NCBI GenBank assembly: GCA_964648715.1
Contig: CAZYNM010000001.1
Span: forward strand, 80,040-144,039
DNA: 64,000 bases
Direction: 5' to 3'
From: an uncultured Pseudomonadales bacterium
Lineage (GTDB): Bacteria; Patescibacteriota; Microgenomatia; UBA1400; PJMF01
This document shows positions 37,534 through 48,652 of the stretch, piece after piece (position 1 is the first letter of the stretch; every line of letters begins with the position of its first letter). A model generated the notes under the pieces. That model was not told where the DNA came from and searched no databases. It worked only from the letters and a program-made list of their open reading frames with translations. Made by a program: the position numbers and the translations under genes.

Positions 37534-38454
37534 ATGCCTCGAATAGTACGATATCTGCCCGTCGTCTATAGCCTTAGCTTAGTTAGTGAGCTGGGCAATG
37601 TGTGGTGGATTTTTGAACTTATTTCCCATTGGAGGATTACCTATATAATTGGTGGTTTTTTCTTGTTGGTGCTGTACGCTTTACTTCGTAAATCGCGTAG
37701 TTTTTTCTTGGTACTCTGTATACTTGGTGTACACTTGTGGTGGGTTGCTCCATACCTTACTTTTACTCATCCCACATTACAAACTACTCAAGATCAACTC
37801 TCTGTAGTGTTCGCTAATACCTATTGGCTTACCAAAAGCCAAGATAAAGTCATCAGCAGCATGCATGAAATGAATCCAGATATTATCTTCTTCTTTGAAA
37901 TGCTTGAACCATCATTTACCGTTGTAAAGCAAGGGCTCCCAGAATATAAGTACAGTGGTTATGTGCATGGTATGTATGCGTTTAATATTGCGTATTTGAG
38001 TCGTGTCCCGGTAAAAGAAAATGTTTTATATTTTGTGCCGCTTGTTCCTACCTTAGAATTGAAAACACAGGTAAATGGAAAAACAGTGTCTATCATTGGA
38101 GCACATCCGCATTCACCCGTGGATGGAGAGTTTGTGATATTTCGTAACACTCTACTGAATGAACTATTTTCCTATGTTTCACAGCTGAAAGACCCCGCAT
38201 TGGTAGGTGGTGATTTGAATATTAGTCCGTTTGCACCAGAATATGCATATTTAAGAAAATCCTTTCCGCAATTGCATGATTCAATGGAAAACTTTGGGTT
38301 GCAGAACACCTGGCCAACACATATTTTGCCCGTTCTATTTTCTATACCAATTGACCACGCATGGTCAAATGAGCAACTTAATGTGCTTGAACGAAAAACA
38401 GGGCCAAGTACCGACTCAGATCACTTACCGCTTTTCGTACGAGTAGGGGTATAA
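37534..38454 (+). CDS. Endonuclease/exonuclease/phosphatase (EEP) family protein with N-terminal TM helices
   Basis: 306 aa. N-terminal TM segments. C-terminal SDHLPLFVRV EEP motif and IDHAWS. Confidence 0.7.
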   Translation: MPRIVRYLPVVYSLSLVSELGNVWWIFELISHWRITYIIGGFFLLVLYALLRKSRSFFLVLCILGVHLWWVAPYLTFTHPTLQTTQDQLSVVFANTYWLTKSQDKVISSMHEMNPDIIFFFEMLEPSFTVVKQGLPEYKYSGYVHGMYAFNIAYLSRVPVKENVLYFVPLVPTLELKTQVNGKTVSIIGAHPHSPVDGEFVIFRNTLLNELFSYVSQLKDPALVGGDLNISPFAPEYAYLRKSFPQLHDSMENFGLQNTWPTHILPVLFSIPIDHAWSNEQLNVLERKTGPSTDSDHLPLFVRVGV

Positions 38455-38464
38455 TTGCTCAGAC

Positions 38465-38552
38465 GGAGAGGTGCCTAGAGTGGCTTATTGGTCAGGTCTC
38501 GAAAACCTTGAGGTGGGAAACTGCCGCGCGGGTTCGAATCCCGCCCTCTCCG
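38465..38552 (+). tRNA. tRNA-Ser (anticodon CGA)
   Basis: GGAGAGGTGCCTAGAGTGGCTTATTGGTCAGGTCTCGAAAACCTTGAGGTGGGAAACTGCCGCGCGGGTTCGAATCCCGCCCTCTCCG. Collinear with E. coli tRNA-Ser(CGA). Long variable arm. Confidence 0.8.
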
Positions 38553-38585
38553 CACAGATCAACGCTACACAGTTTAAAGGAGTCC

Positions 38586-40091
38586 ATGCTGGTGCAAAAA
38601 TGTGACACGATCATCCTTACTGTTGCACTCAGTGTCATTGTTATTTTTACTCTGTTTCGTTTCACTTATCTTGCTGAAATACCCGCAGGTTTTTTTGTGG
38701 ATGAATCTTCTATTGGTTACAATGTACAGCGTCTTTTGCGAGGTGCCACAGATGAGCATGGAGCATATCTGCCGCTGTACTTTAAAGCATTTGGAGACTA
38801 CAAAAATCCAGTTTTTGTCTACTCTCTACTGCCTATTGTTGCACTGTTTGGGGAGCACATAGTGAGTATACGTATAGCAGCTGCTTTGTGGGTGCTGGCG
38901 GCTCTAGTTGCCTTCTTACTGATGGGAAAAGCTGCTGGATTTCGACGTTTGAGTCTGGTGAGCATGATGCTTTTGTGTACCACAAGTCCATGGCTGATCC
39001 AGCTGGGAAGAGTGGGGTTTGAAGTTGCGTCTGCCCCTGTTTTTGTTCTTATTGCGGTCATTGCATACTATCACCTCACCAGCAATGTTCATACGCATGA
39101 TGTAAAGCATCGGTCCTGGTTATATACATTTGTTGTTGCATGCGTGCTGGGGTTTTATAGTTATACCTCTCTCAGGTTTTGTATGCCGGTTATAGTAGCG
39201 GCTGGTTTGTTTTTTATCCGCAAACATATTTCTGTGAAAAGCCGTGTGCATGTTTTCCTACTTATACTATTACTAAGTCTACCCATTTTTGTTTCACAAA
39301 GTGTACACACTGGAGCACTATCTGCTCGATATGCAGTCGTGGGTCTTTCACACTATACACATACTGGCGCAGAGTTTGTGAATGCTTTTGTAAATAACGC
39401 TTTTTCTCATTTTTCACCAACCTTCTTATTTGCTGGTGGAGATGGTAATCTGCGGCATGTACCTGCTCCCTACGGTGTTTTTCTCATTACTGCTATTCCT
39501 TTTTTCATTCTTGGTATGTGGTGGCTGTACAGCACACGAAACACTCTATTCTCTCGTTGGTTAATAACCAGCATGGTAGTAGGAATCGTACCTTCCGCAC
39601 TTACTATTCAATCACCTCATGTCTTGCGAGCAGTGGTTTTTTTAACACTCTCATATGTTGTCGCAAGCTTCGGAGTTCGTTTCGCACTAGAGCATAGTGG
39701 CTGGCTGCGATTGGTTGGTAAGGTTTGTACTATTGCGCTGGCTGTACAAGCATGCTTCTTTCTTTACTTTTACACGCATACCTATTCGCAGAATTCACGC
39801 ATTTGGTTTGATGCGGGTACAGTTGAAGCTCTTGCTCATATCAATCACTATATGCAGCCGCTTTACATATCAACTCAACTTTATCCAGGAACGTATGTGA
39901 CTGCATATTTTTTTGCAACTGCCCGAAACATTGATCTACAAGCACTGAACTTTATAGATCCTAATGATCAACTAGTGAAGGGCCCTGGAACCTACATTTA
40001 TGACTATCAATCATGTCAACAATTGTTGCAAAAACATCCATTTCCTGTGGCTATCTATGATGATGGAATATGTGTATTTGTACTACAGTAA
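38586..40091 (+). CDS. GT-C fold membrane glycosyltransferase (ArnT/PMT, GT39/GT83-like)
   Basis: ~500 aa with ~13 TM helices. First-loop FVDESSIGYNVQRLLRG acidic DE motif. The track start at 38508 overlaps tRNA-Ser; the Met at 38586 is used. Confidence 0.65.
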   Translation: MLVQKCDTIILTVALSVIVIFTLFRFTYLAEIPAGFFVDESSIGYNVQRLLRGATDEHGAYLPLYFKAFGDYKNPVFVYSLLPIVALFGEHIVSIRIAAALWVLAALVAFLLMGKAAGFRRLSLVSMMLLCTTSPWLIQLGRVGFEVASAPVFVLIAVIAYYHLTSNVHTHDVKHRSWLYTFVVACVLGFYSYTSLRFCMPVIVAAGLFFIRKHISVKSRVHVFLLILLLSLPIFVSQSVHTGALSARYAVVGLSHYTHTGAEFVNAFVNNAFSHFSPTFLFAGGDGNLRHVPAPYGVFLITAIPFFILGMWWLYSTRNTLFSRWLITSMVVGIVPSALTIQSPHVLRAVVFLTLSYVVASFGVRFALEHSGWLRLVGKVCTIALAVQACFFLYFYTHTYSQNSRIWFDAGTVEALAHINHYMQPLYISTQLYPGTYVTAYFFATARNIDLQALNFIDPNDQLVKGPGTYIYDYQSCQQLLQKHPFPVAIYDDGICVFVLQ

Positions 40092-40826
40092 GTGAAGTAC
40101 TCAAGCAGTATGTCTCAATGTTATTTTGATCACTCTTTTTGTATGGTGCGCCAACGTGCTTTGGCAATTATGAGTTGGGTATACGATCCGTTTCATGATG
40201 AGAAACATTCGCTGGAAGTGGAAATTCTCTCTTTGAAGATCTACCACAGTTTAGCACAGAAAATTCGCAAGGATACAACAGTGGCACGAGTCCGCCTTGC
40301 CGCCGTACTGCATGATACTTCTAGAGAAGTTATTGGCACAAATTTTATCCTTGAGCCACTTTTGGGTGGTTATATAAGTGGGAGTATTGCTTACCGGATG
40401 ATGATGGAGTATGGGTATGGGGAACAAGAAGCACGTTACATACGAAGTATTATTAGAAATCATGAGTCGTTCTTTGGACTTTGGAAATATACTGAGGATA
40501 TTACTGAGCGAATTCTTTCTGACTCAGACAACGTGGAAGCATATTCTGCGGAGCGTTTTACACGAGGGCTCATTTATTTTAAGAAACAAAAATTCTCAAA
40601 TATATTTCTGAATGTGTATATTGTTGGTTTAGTTATTCAGCACCGGTGGGCGCCCCCCCACTTTTTCTTTCCCATTGCTACAGTAATGCACAAAAAGTAT
40701 CTCCAGCGTTTGCGCAAAGTAGTCCTCACGCATAGAACGCTTTTTCGCTCGTTGTTATATTGGCCAGTCTACTATTTGTTGTATTCGCTTGACTTCTTAC
40801 AAGCTGAATCAGCTACAGCTGCATAG
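40092..40826 (+). CDS. HD-domain phosphohydrolase-like protein
   Basis: 244 aa. H...RLAAVLHDTSRE resembles the HD motif. Confidence 0.5.
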   Translation: MKYSSSMSQCYFDHSFCMVRQRALAIMSWVYDPFHDEKHSLEVEILSLKIYHSLAQKIRKDTTVARVRLAAVLHDTSREVIGTNFILEPLLGGYISGSIAYRMMMEYGYGEQEARYIRSIIRNHESFFGLWKYTEDITERILSDSDNVEAYSAERFTRGLIYFKKQKFSNIFLNVYIVGLVIQHRWAPPHFFFPIATVMHKKYLQRLRKVVLTHRTLFRSLLYWPVYYLLYSLDFLQAESATAA

Positions 40827-42064
40827 AAATCCCTATCTCCAAAGAAGCCATTGACCTCAGGTTTCAGGAGTTGAGATCTCGATAACAAAAGTGCCGGACG
40901 AATCGTGTGGCTCCCATATTTCTTATTAATTGCGCTGATGACACTGTCGATGCGTTCGTTCTTTTGCCATTCATCAAAAAAACTAGGCTGAAAGAAGTGT
41001 GCTGGCTTGAGTAAGCCTAGTGAAACATGACAGCGAACAACGGGGAAGCGTTCATGCCATCGTTGGCTAACGTATTCCCACACAAGTGCAGTCACATCAC
41101 GAGTGTGAAAATGAGGAGTAGCAAGTGTAGTCTGATACTTCCAGTAAGTACTACTACCTCTCAAAGAAACATGAATATATCTGCCTGCTAGGCCGAGTGT
41201 ACGTGCTTTTTCACATACATCTAGTGTGAGATTGTAGAGTACAGACTTTATTTTGGCATCAGTATCCCAAGGGGCACCCATGCACGTGATGGATCTACCT
41301 ACACTTTGCATATGTGGTCGAGCCGGTCGTTTGGTTAAAAAGTGTGTCTCTTCACCATAAGCCATTTTTTTGAGTTCAGCTGCCCAAAATGGTCCACACT
41401 GAACTACTAGTGTTTCGAGTGGAATGAGTCGTACTGCATATAACGAGGTAATGTTCAATGTTTTTAGTTTTTTTTCTAGTCGGAAGCCAATACCACAGAC
41501 ATCTTTGAACTTGGCTTGTGATAGTAATACATCTTTGACATCTTCCGTACAGTGATTGATAACACCCACACCTGCAACTTCACCCGCTAACTTTGCAAGG
41601 AACTTGGTACGTGCGATCCCTATGCTACACGTAATCCATTCACCCAACTTTTTTTTTAGTGCGTTTTGCAGTTCTGTTGCGAAAAACTCTGGTGATGGAT
41701 AGTGCCGAGTGAGAGGTGTGTAATAGATAAATGCTTCATCAAGGGAGAACATTTCTACATCGGGTGAGAATGAGTTCAGTGTAGCTTCAAATGCGCGGGT
41801 GGCAGAAAGGTAGAGCGAAAAAGCAGCTGGAAGTACCACAAGCTGAGGGTAAATTACTTTTGCATCTGACAGACGCATGCCAGTCCCAATCCCTTTGGCT
41901 TTTGCTTCTCTTGAAGTAGCAATAAGACACGTCCTTCCCACATCTTTCACCACTCCCAGCGGTACACCACGTAGGTGAGGATTTTCTTGTTGCAAGATGC
42001 TTGCAAAGTACGAGTTGATATCAACATGTAGCCAGCAGGATTCTTTATGCACAGTACACCTCAT
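40772..42064 (-). CDS. dinB: Y-family DNA polymerase (DinB/Pol IV-like)
   Basis: Start taken at the Met at 42064 (MRCTVHKESCWLHVDINSYFASI). VDINSYFASI, LSLDEAFIY, little-finger domain. The track ORF extends to 42253. Confidence 0.75.
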   Translation of the reverse strand: MRCTVHKESCWLHVDINSYFASILQQENPHLRGVPLGVVKDVGRTCLIATSREAKAKGIGTGMRLSDAKVIYPQLVVLPAAFSLYLSATRAFEATLNSFSPDVEMFSLDEAFIYYTPLTRHYPSPEFFATELQNALKKKLGEWITCSIGIARTKFLAKLAGEVAGVGVINHCTEDVKDVLLSQAKFKDVCGIGFRLEKKLKTLNITSLYAVRLIPLETLVVQCGPFWAAELKKMAYGEETHFLTKRPARPHMQSVGRSITCMGAPWDTDAKIKSVLYNLTLDVCEKARTLGLAGRYIHVSLRGSSTYWKYQTTLATPHFHTRDVTALVWEYVSQRWHERFPVVRCHVSLGLLKPAHFFQPSFFDEWQKNERIDSVISAINKKYGSHTIRPALLLSRSQLLKPEVNGFFGDRDFYAAVADSACKKSSEYNK

Positions 42065-42371
42065 GTAAAATCCACTGATCACAAGTCTTGTTAAAAAGAA
42101 TGCGATAAACTGTTCCTGAATAATAAAAACTATAGCAGCGTAGTATGTTTCCGCCCTCACAGTACTCTCCAGAGTAAGTGCTTTTTTCGGTGATAATTTT
42201 TTTTCCTTTCCAGATAAACCACCGAGGGATGAATGAACCACCGGTGTACACACCAGCTACGGTAATCTTTTCATCGATAAGTGTGAACATAACCCAATCA
42301 TAATCCATATAAAATACGAATGAAAGAGAGCGTAACTATATCAAAAAATCGTACTTGTTTCTCTCAAGTAC

Positions 42372-44936
42372 ATGGTGCAGTATGAGAGAACCATGCGAGC
42401 ATTTTCTACACCTATGATGCAACAGTATGCGCAAATAAAAGGCCAATACCCAGATTGCCTTTTATTTTTTCGGTTGGGTGATTTTTATGAACTTTTTCTT
42501 GACGATGCACTTATAGGTGCGCGACTACTCAACATAACGCTGACTCGTAGGCCTCGAGGCAAAGATGGCAATATTCCCATGGCAGGAGTACCCTACCATG
42601 CAGCAGAGAACTATATAGCAAAACTTATACATGCAGGTCAGCGGGTGGCCATTTGTGAGCAAATAAGTGAACCAGATGCAAAAGGTATTGTAGAACGGTC
42701 AGTAGTACGCGTTATCACTCCTGGAACTGTTTTGGACGATGCTGTGCTTGAAGCAAAAAAATACAACTACTTGGCTTCCTGCGTACACGGAAAACAGGGG
42801 TGGGGAGTTGCTTTCCTTGATTTGTTAACTGGTGAATGTGCGGTGACTTTTTTGGAAGAAGAAGCGCGAATTGTTGAAACTATTTTGGTAGAAATGGCAC
42901 GTTTTACTCCTCGTGAGCTTCTTATAGGTAAAGAAGAGCGAGCCGTATTTGCATTAGAAGACTATGCGCAAGAACACGATATTCATATCACTGAACAACC
43001 TGACCAGACATCATCCGAAGCAGCAGCATTGGTGACACTTTATTTTGATATAACAGTGAATGAAGAGCTACTTCTAGGAAATGAAGATGCAGCACTTAAA
43101 GCAGTTGCGCGTATCTGTTCCTACATACAGTACACACAAAAACAAGTCACTCGTCATTTGAAAAAGCCAGTGTGGTACAACAAAAGTGAGTATGTTCAGC
43201 TTGATCAACCAACAAACAGTAATCTTGAATTATTCAAAAACCTGCAAGGTGATGAGCACCTTTCATTATGTACACTCATTGATAAAACGCTGACAGCAAG
43301 TGGTGGGCGTTTATTCCGAGCATGGCTCAATCGTCCCCTCTATTCACACACCGGTGTGATAGACAGACAAAAGGCCGTGGGACTTTTTATAACCGAGCGT
43401 CAACTCACACATAGCATACGTTCTATTTTAGAAGAGATGTATGACTCAGAAAGAATAGTCAGTAAGCTTGCTCTTAAAGTGGCTACTTCAAGTCTGCTCT
43501 GGAACTTGACCGTTACCTTAGAAAAAACAATGCAGCTCTCACACCTCATGAAAAACGTTACTCAAGGTAACTTGCGAGTATGGTCACAATTTCCAACAGA
43601 AAAAATACAAACTATCGTAGCTGATATCAAGCAGACACTTGTGGAAAAGGATGCTGAAGGAGAAACAGGAATTATTAAAAAGGGAGTATCAGTAGAGCTA
43701 GATGAACTGCGTCAGATTACACAGACTGGAGAAGCATGGATTAGGGAGTTCGAAGCAAGGGAAAGAAAAAGAACTGGCATCGCTTCGCTCAAGTGTAAGT
43801 ACAATCAAGTCTTTGGGTATGCAATTGAAGTGAGTCATGCTCATAAAGCATCTGTCCCAGCTGAGTACGAACGTAAACAAACACTCGTGAATGCAGAACG
43901 TTTTACGACACCGGAACTTAAAGAGAAGGAGTTCCATATTTTGACTGCCACTGCACGTACTGCTGAGCTTGAACAAATGCTTTTTGCACAACTTGTGGAG
44001 CGAGTCATCAGTGACTCTGCAGTCTTGCAACTTGCTGCTCAGGCAGTAGCAGAATTGGATGTTTATACTGCATGTGCGTATCTTGCTGATGCGGAAGAAT
44101 GGATTTTACCAGAAATGCATCTAGGAAGAGAATTACAAATTGAGGCTGGTAAGCACCCTGTTCTAGCCATACATTTGCGAGATACTTGTATTGCTAATAC
44201 GACGCGACTTGGTGGACCAGGTGCAGATGTATTCATAATTACCGGACCAAATATGGGTGGCAAGTCTGTATACATGAGACAGGTTGCACTTATCACAGTG
44301 CTCGCTCATTGTGGTTTCCCCGTTCCAGCACGTAGTGCTCGTGTTCCACTCACGGATGCGATCTTTGTGAGAAGTGGTGCAAGTGACAACATTGCTGCAG
44401 GAGTATCAACATTTATGATGGAGATGACTGAAGCAGCTAGGATTGTGCGCAGTGCTACTTCAAAAAGTTTGGTGGTGATGGACGAGATAGGAAGGGGTAC
44501 GAGTACTTATGATGGTATTAGTATTGCATGGGCACTAGCAGAGTCTTTTGTGATTGGTACACAAAGGCCTAAAGTACTCTTTGCCACTCATTATCATGAG
44601 TTACAAGAGCTAGCTCAGCATCATCCTCATGCTATACAAAATAGACATGCTGCTGTTTACGAGGATAGCGGCAAACCCGTGTTCTTGTATACTATTGAAC
44701 CTGGTCCAGCCTCACACAGCTATGGTATAGCAGTTGCAGAACTGGCGCACATACCGCAAGCAATTCTTGAACGGGCGCGCGTCATATTAGCCCAACTTGA
44801 AAAAAGCCATAAAAACCCAGAGGACTCTCTTCTCAGAGAAAAGTTACTGAGCATTGATTGTTCCACCATGAAACCTATTGAAGCACTGACCTTTCTTGCA
44901 TCTTTACAAGATGCAATCAGAAAAAAATATGATTAG
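42372..44936 (+). CDS. mutS: DNA mismatch repair protein MutS
   Basis: 854 aa. N-terminal [11 protein letters not shown] mismatch-binding domain, GPNMGGKS Walker [13 protein letters not shown]. Start may be 42393. Confidence 0.9.
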   Translation: MVQYERTMRAFSTPMMQQYAQIKGQYPDCLLFFRLGDFYELFLDDALIGARLLNITLTRRPRGKDGNIPMAGVPYHAAENYIAKLIHAGQRVAICEQISEPDAKGIVERSVVRVITPGTVLDDAVLEAKKYNYLASCVHGKQGWGVAFLDLLTGECAVTFLEEEARIVETILVEMARFTPRELLIGKEERAVFALEDYAQEHDIHITEQPDQTSSEAAALVTLYFDITVNEELLLGNEDAALKAVARICSYIQYTQKQVTRHLKKPVWYNKSEYVQLDQPTNSNLELFKNLQGDEHLSLCTLIDKTLTASGGRLFRAWLNRPLYSHTGVIDRQKAVGLFITERQLTHSIRSILEEMYDSERIVSKLALKVATSSLLWNLTVTLEKTMQLSHLMKNVTQGNLRVWSQFPTEKIQTIVADIKQTLVEKDAEGETGIIKKGVSVELDELRQITQTGEAWIREFEARERKRTGIASLKCKYNQVFGYAIEVSHAHKASVPAEYERKQTLVNAERFTTPELKEKEFHILTATARTAELEQMLFAQLVERVISDSAVLQLAAQAVAELDVYTACAYLADAEEWILPEMHLGRELQIEAGKHPVLAIHLRDTCIANTTRLGGPGADVFIITGPNMGGKSVYMRQVALITVLAHCGFPVPARSARVPLTDAIFVRSGASDNIAAGVSTFMMEMTEAARIVRSATSKSLVVMDEIGRGTSTYDGISIAWALAESFVIGTQRPKVLFATHYHELQELAQHHPHAIQNRHAAVYEDSGKPVFLYTIEPGPASHSYGIAVAELAHIPQAILERARVILAQLEKSHKNPEDSLLREKLLSIDCSTMKPIEALTFLASLQDAIRKKYD

Positions 44937-46590
44937 AAAATTGGATCGTGCGTTAATTGCTCGTATTGCTGCCGGTCAAGTTGTTGAGAACCCGGCTAGC
45001 ATTCTCAAAGAGTTGCTTGAGAACTCACTTGATGCAGGTGCACAGCATATTACTGTTCGTTTGCAGGAGGGGGGAAAAAAGAGTATTACCGTTCAAGATG
45101 ATGGTGTTGGTATTGCGGCAGCTGAAATGGAGCTTGCGCTAGAGCGCTACACCACGAGCAAACTTGACGAAGAAGTTGACCTTACTTCAGTAGCTACCTA
45201 CGGCTTTAGAGGAGAAGCATTATTTAGCATTGCAGAGGTTGCACATGTTGATATTATTTCACGCGTGCAGCATGCCCAACATGGTTGGATGGTAAAAAAA
45301 ACCAATGGTTCTGTCAAAGAATCAAAGGCACAGGCATATGAAGAAGGAACAAAAATCACCGTCTCTGACCTTTTCTCTAACCATCCTGCTCGTAAAGTTT
45401 TTTTGGATTCCGTAAGTAAAGAACAGGCAAGATGCATGGACGTTTTTACACAAGTTGCATTGGCACATTCCGAAGTAGCATTTAAGGTTTTTGTTGATGA
45501 GTCATTGCTTTATACAGTAGCTGCAGAGACACCACCTCAGCGCATGCTCAGTCTGGGAATTATTTCCCATCCTGAGCAAGTTATACACTGTAAGTGTAGC
45601 GCAGAGTTCTTTGATGTTTCAGCATACATAGGTGTGCCTCAAATTGCTTCTGAAACTGATCATGCTCATTATTCTTTTGTTAATGAGAGGCCAGTTCGTA
45701 TACCTACATTATCGCGTAGCTTAAAGCGTGCATACGGCACATTGTTGGAGGCCCGACGTTTTCCTTTGGCAGTAATATATCTAACGGTGAACAAAAACTT
45801 CGTTGATGTGAATGTGCATCCTCAAAAACAGACGGTTGCTATTCGTAGTATGCCATTGCTCATACATGAAATAGAAAAAACAGTCAAAGACACACTAACT
45901 GCTGCGACCATTCATTATCGAAAAGAACACAGCTTGTATTTCAGAGATACTAAACAGATGGATAGAGCCTTGGGCTCAGAATTAAAGATCACAAATGAAC
46001 CATGGCACCCAGCGCAAATGGTACACGGAACTGATATTCAGCAGCTTCATAGACTTTATCTTTTGGCACAAACAGCAGATGGTCTGCTCCTCATTGACCA
46101 GCATGCAGCACATGAACGTATTTTGTATGAACAGTACACAGGAGCATTTACAAAACTCAACAAGCGTTGTGTGCTTGATGAACCTTGCCGTGTGCAGTTA
46201 ACACCTTCGGAAGTAGCACAAAGTGATCTGTTGGTACAACACCTCCGTAGGATGGGATGTGAATCAACTTTAGAGAACAAACAACTAGAAGTAACTAGTT
46301 TACCACATCCTGTTGAGCGAAGAAGGCAACAGAGTTTCGTTACCGATCTGGTGCACAGCATCTTGCATGATTCCCCCACATCAGAGACAGAAATAATGCA
46401 CACAACCTGTGCCTATTTAGCATGCAAGCATGCCATAAAGGCGGGGGATCCACTTACAATGCACGAACGCAAAAAACTTGTGGAAAAATTATTCTCAACA
46501 ACCAGTAACTACACTTGCCCACATGGAAGACCTGTGTATATAACAGTGAGCCTCTCAGAACTTGAACAATGGTTTCACCGAAGGGTGTGA
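44929..46590 (+). CDS. mutL: DNA mismatch repair protein MutL
   Basis: GHKL ATPase motifs ([21 protein letters not shown]) and a C-terminal dimerisation domain. Start at 44929 overlaps the mutS stop. The track start is 44896. Confidence 0.9.
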   Translation: MIRKLDRALIARIAAGQVVENPASILKELLENSLDAGAQHITVRLQEGGKKSITVQDDGVGIAAAEMELALERYTTSKLDEEVDLTSVATYGFRGEALFSIAEVAHVDIISRVQHAQHGWMVKKTNGSVKESKAQAYEEGTKITVSDLFSNHPARKVFLDSVSKEQARCMDVFTQVALAHSEVAFKVFVDESLLYTVAAETPPQRMLSLGIISHPEQVIHCKCSAEFFDVSAYIGVPQIASETDHAHYSFVNERPVRIPTLSRSLKRAYGTLLEARRFPLAVIYLTVNKNFVDVNVHPQKQTVAIRSMPLLIHEIEKTVKDTLTAATIHYRKEHSLYFRDTKQMDRALGSELKITNEPWHPAQMVHGTDIQQLHRLYLLAQTADGLLLIDQHAAHERILYEQYTGAFTKLNKRCVLDEPCRVQLTPSEVAQSDLLVQHLRRMGCESTLENKQLEVTSLPHPVERRRQQSFVTDLVHSILHDSPTSETEIMHTTCAYLACKHAIKAGDPLTMHERKKLVEKLFSTTSNYTCPHGRPVYITVSLSELEQWFHRRV

Positions 46591-46898
46591 GTAATGAAGC
46601 AAGGGTAACGAGACATGCTTTAATGTATCTTGTAAATCTTTTTCAATGGTTTCACTATCTCTGTTATTAGCGTCCTGGTGTACAGCGGGAATAAAAATAC
46701 AGTGTGATGCTGCAAGCGTTACTCCCAGCCGAGCAAGTGAACTGCCTAAGGTAGTGACGATCGTTGTAGTAGTGATGCACACGTACCCAACTACAGTTAT
46801 TTGACGCATGTACAAGACATGGCAGTGCTCGCGTTGTGAAAAACATGAGGGAAGCATACAGCTGTTAGTATGCTGATAAAGCTTGCATGTACCTTGCG

Positions 46899-47516
46899 TT
46901 AGGTGGTAGTAGTTTTTGGTGGATTGGTATCAAGCCAAGTCTTGAGTTGTTTATATACCGAAAGTGACAGAGCATAGCTGCTCTCCAGTACTGAAAGAGA
47001 GATACCTGACTCTTTTTGTGCGATGAGCGTACTCCGCATGTCTCTAATTGCTTCTACTGCTTCACATGCTTCTGGTGTTAAAAAATCTGCATCTTCTAAA
47101 AATTCCAGTACAGCTTCAGGAGGAAGTTCCGCTGTCTCTTCTGTACTTCTCATCAGTGACTTAGCGATGATTCTGAGTACTCGCTCTATTTCATATGAGA
47201 CGGCCAAGAAGTTGTCAGGAAGCCTACCCATTTGATTGGGCATATCTTCTTTGAGTGCTTTACGGAGCTTGTAGGGTGAAGGTTGGAGTTCAGTCTCATC
47301 GTTAATAAAGGAGTCCTTTTGCAGCTTCCTTATTTCTTCTTCTTTCTTTTTCCCTGATATGCCCCAAAAGTTAAACTCTTTGAGGTCAGCAAATACCGCA
47401 AGTAAGAGAATCATGAGAGCCAAGGCTACTGTAGTATTTGAAAGCTCAACAGGTGTAAAGCCAAATTGACTTGCAAAAAGTGCGGTGGTGAGAATGAGAA
47501 GGGCTAAAATTTTCAT
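46899..47516 (-). CDS. Hypothetical secreted/membrane-anchored protein
   Basis: 205 aa. Signal peptide MKILALLILTTALFASQ and a second TM. No motifs. Confidence 0.45.
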   Translation of the reverse strand: MKILALLILTTALFASQFGFTPVELSNTTVALALMILLLAVFADLKEFNFWGISGKKKEEEIRKLQKDSFINDETELQPSPYKLRKALKEDMPNQMGRLPDNFLAVSYEIERVLRIIAKSLMRSTEETAELPPEAVLEFLEDADFLTPEACEAVEAIRDMRSTLIAQKESGISLSVLESSYALSLSVYKQLKTWLDTNPPKTTTT

Positions 47517-47551
47517 TTCCTATTTCCTTCGGGTATTATGCCACAAAAAAT

Positions 47552-48652
47552 ATGCTATGGTATAGTGAGATGAAACGGTTTGTAACTGCGCAAATAGGAC
47601 GTATTTTTTTCGCTCTACTCATTTGTGGTGCCGCGATAGGATATGCCTCTCGAGATAAGTATGCGCTACATGATTTATCCACTCATATAACGGGTATAGC
47701 ACCAAGAATCCAGAGGACATTATTATCAGGATTATTGGCCACTGTGCCTGCACCAACAGGTACCCCTTTGCCGCACATTCCCGAAATGAGTATTCAAAGT
47801 ATGTATAACTTTATTGATGCTGAACGGCACAAGAATGGGCTTTCACCACTACGTCATGATACCGATGTAGAAAAGATTGCAAGTGCTATTGCCGTGGGGT
47901 CTGCTGACTTGGGAAATAGGTTTGAAGAGCTGAATACACAGGATATTATTACGCGCATGGCACGTCAATATAAGCTATCACAGTACACCTTTGCGCATGA
48001 TACCTTGCTGGGTGTTCAAGCAACCGACGACGTACTTGCACAGTGGCTCACGCAAGGACCTACAGCTCACTATTTAAGTTCAGATCTTGAAGCAGCTGCA
48101 ATAGCTACAGCAACTACGACTCTGGAAGGAAGACCCGCAGGAGTGGTAGTAACTCTCTTTATTAAAAAAACATCACCACAAAAAATAAGAGAGAATACTG
48201 AGTCTCAAACACAGCCTAAAATAGTATTCCCAAGCATCACTAATGAGTCAATACTGAGCGCGCTGAATGCCTATCGCCAAGTGCATGGGGTAGCGGCTCT
48301 CACTGAGCATCCCAATCTCTGCGCATATGCAGAAAAACGACTGAGTGACTTACTTGCTTTTGGGGGACTTGATAACCATGAGGGTTTCCGCAAAGACTTT
48401 GAAAACCCAGAAGCAATTCCTCAGATTATCAAAGACTATCCTGGACATAATGTGGGAGAAAATTTGGCCTATCAATTTTGCCGTAACATGAAAACAAATG
48501 AAGCATTTATTGCGCCACACGCAACTGCGCTTATTGAGTGGTGTTTTGACTCATCTACCAAAGGGCATCGTGAAGCACAACTGAGCTCTGCATATGTCTC
48601 AGCCTGTGCTCGAAATAAAAATGGATATTTCGTGATTATTTTTGGCGATTAG
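47552..48652 (+). CDS. Hypothetical protein with CAP/SCP-like domain(s)
   Basis: 366 aa. N-terminal TM. C-terminal GHNVGENLAY and other CAP-like segments. Weak. Confidence 0.45.
   Translation: MLWYSEMKRFVTAQIGRIFFALLICGAAIGYASRDKYALHDLSTHITGIAPRIQRTLLSGLLATVPAPTGTPLPHIPEMSIQSMYNFIDAERHKNGLSPLRHDTDVEKIASAIAVGSADLGNRFEELNTQDIITRMARQYKLSQYTFAHDTLLGVQATDDVLAQWLTQGPTAHYLSSDLEAAAIATATTTLEGRPAGVVVTLFIKKTSPQKIRENTESQTQPKIVFPSITNESILSALNAYRQVHGVAALTEHPNLCAYAEKRLSDLLAFGGLDNHEGFRKDFENPEAIPQIIKDYPGHNVGENLAYQFCRNMKTNEAFIAPHATALIEWCFDSSTKGHREAQLSSAYVSACARNKNGYFVIIFGD

Noticed and set aside
38508-38585. Upstream extension of the GT-C membrane protein ORF
   Set aside because: The extension lies over tRNA-Ser(CGA). 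The in-frame Met at 38586 is used instead.
46555-46857. 100-aa minus ORF between mutL and the secreted protein gene
   Set aside because: It overlaps the mutL 3' end, has no motifs, and has weak start context. It is not listed as a feature.
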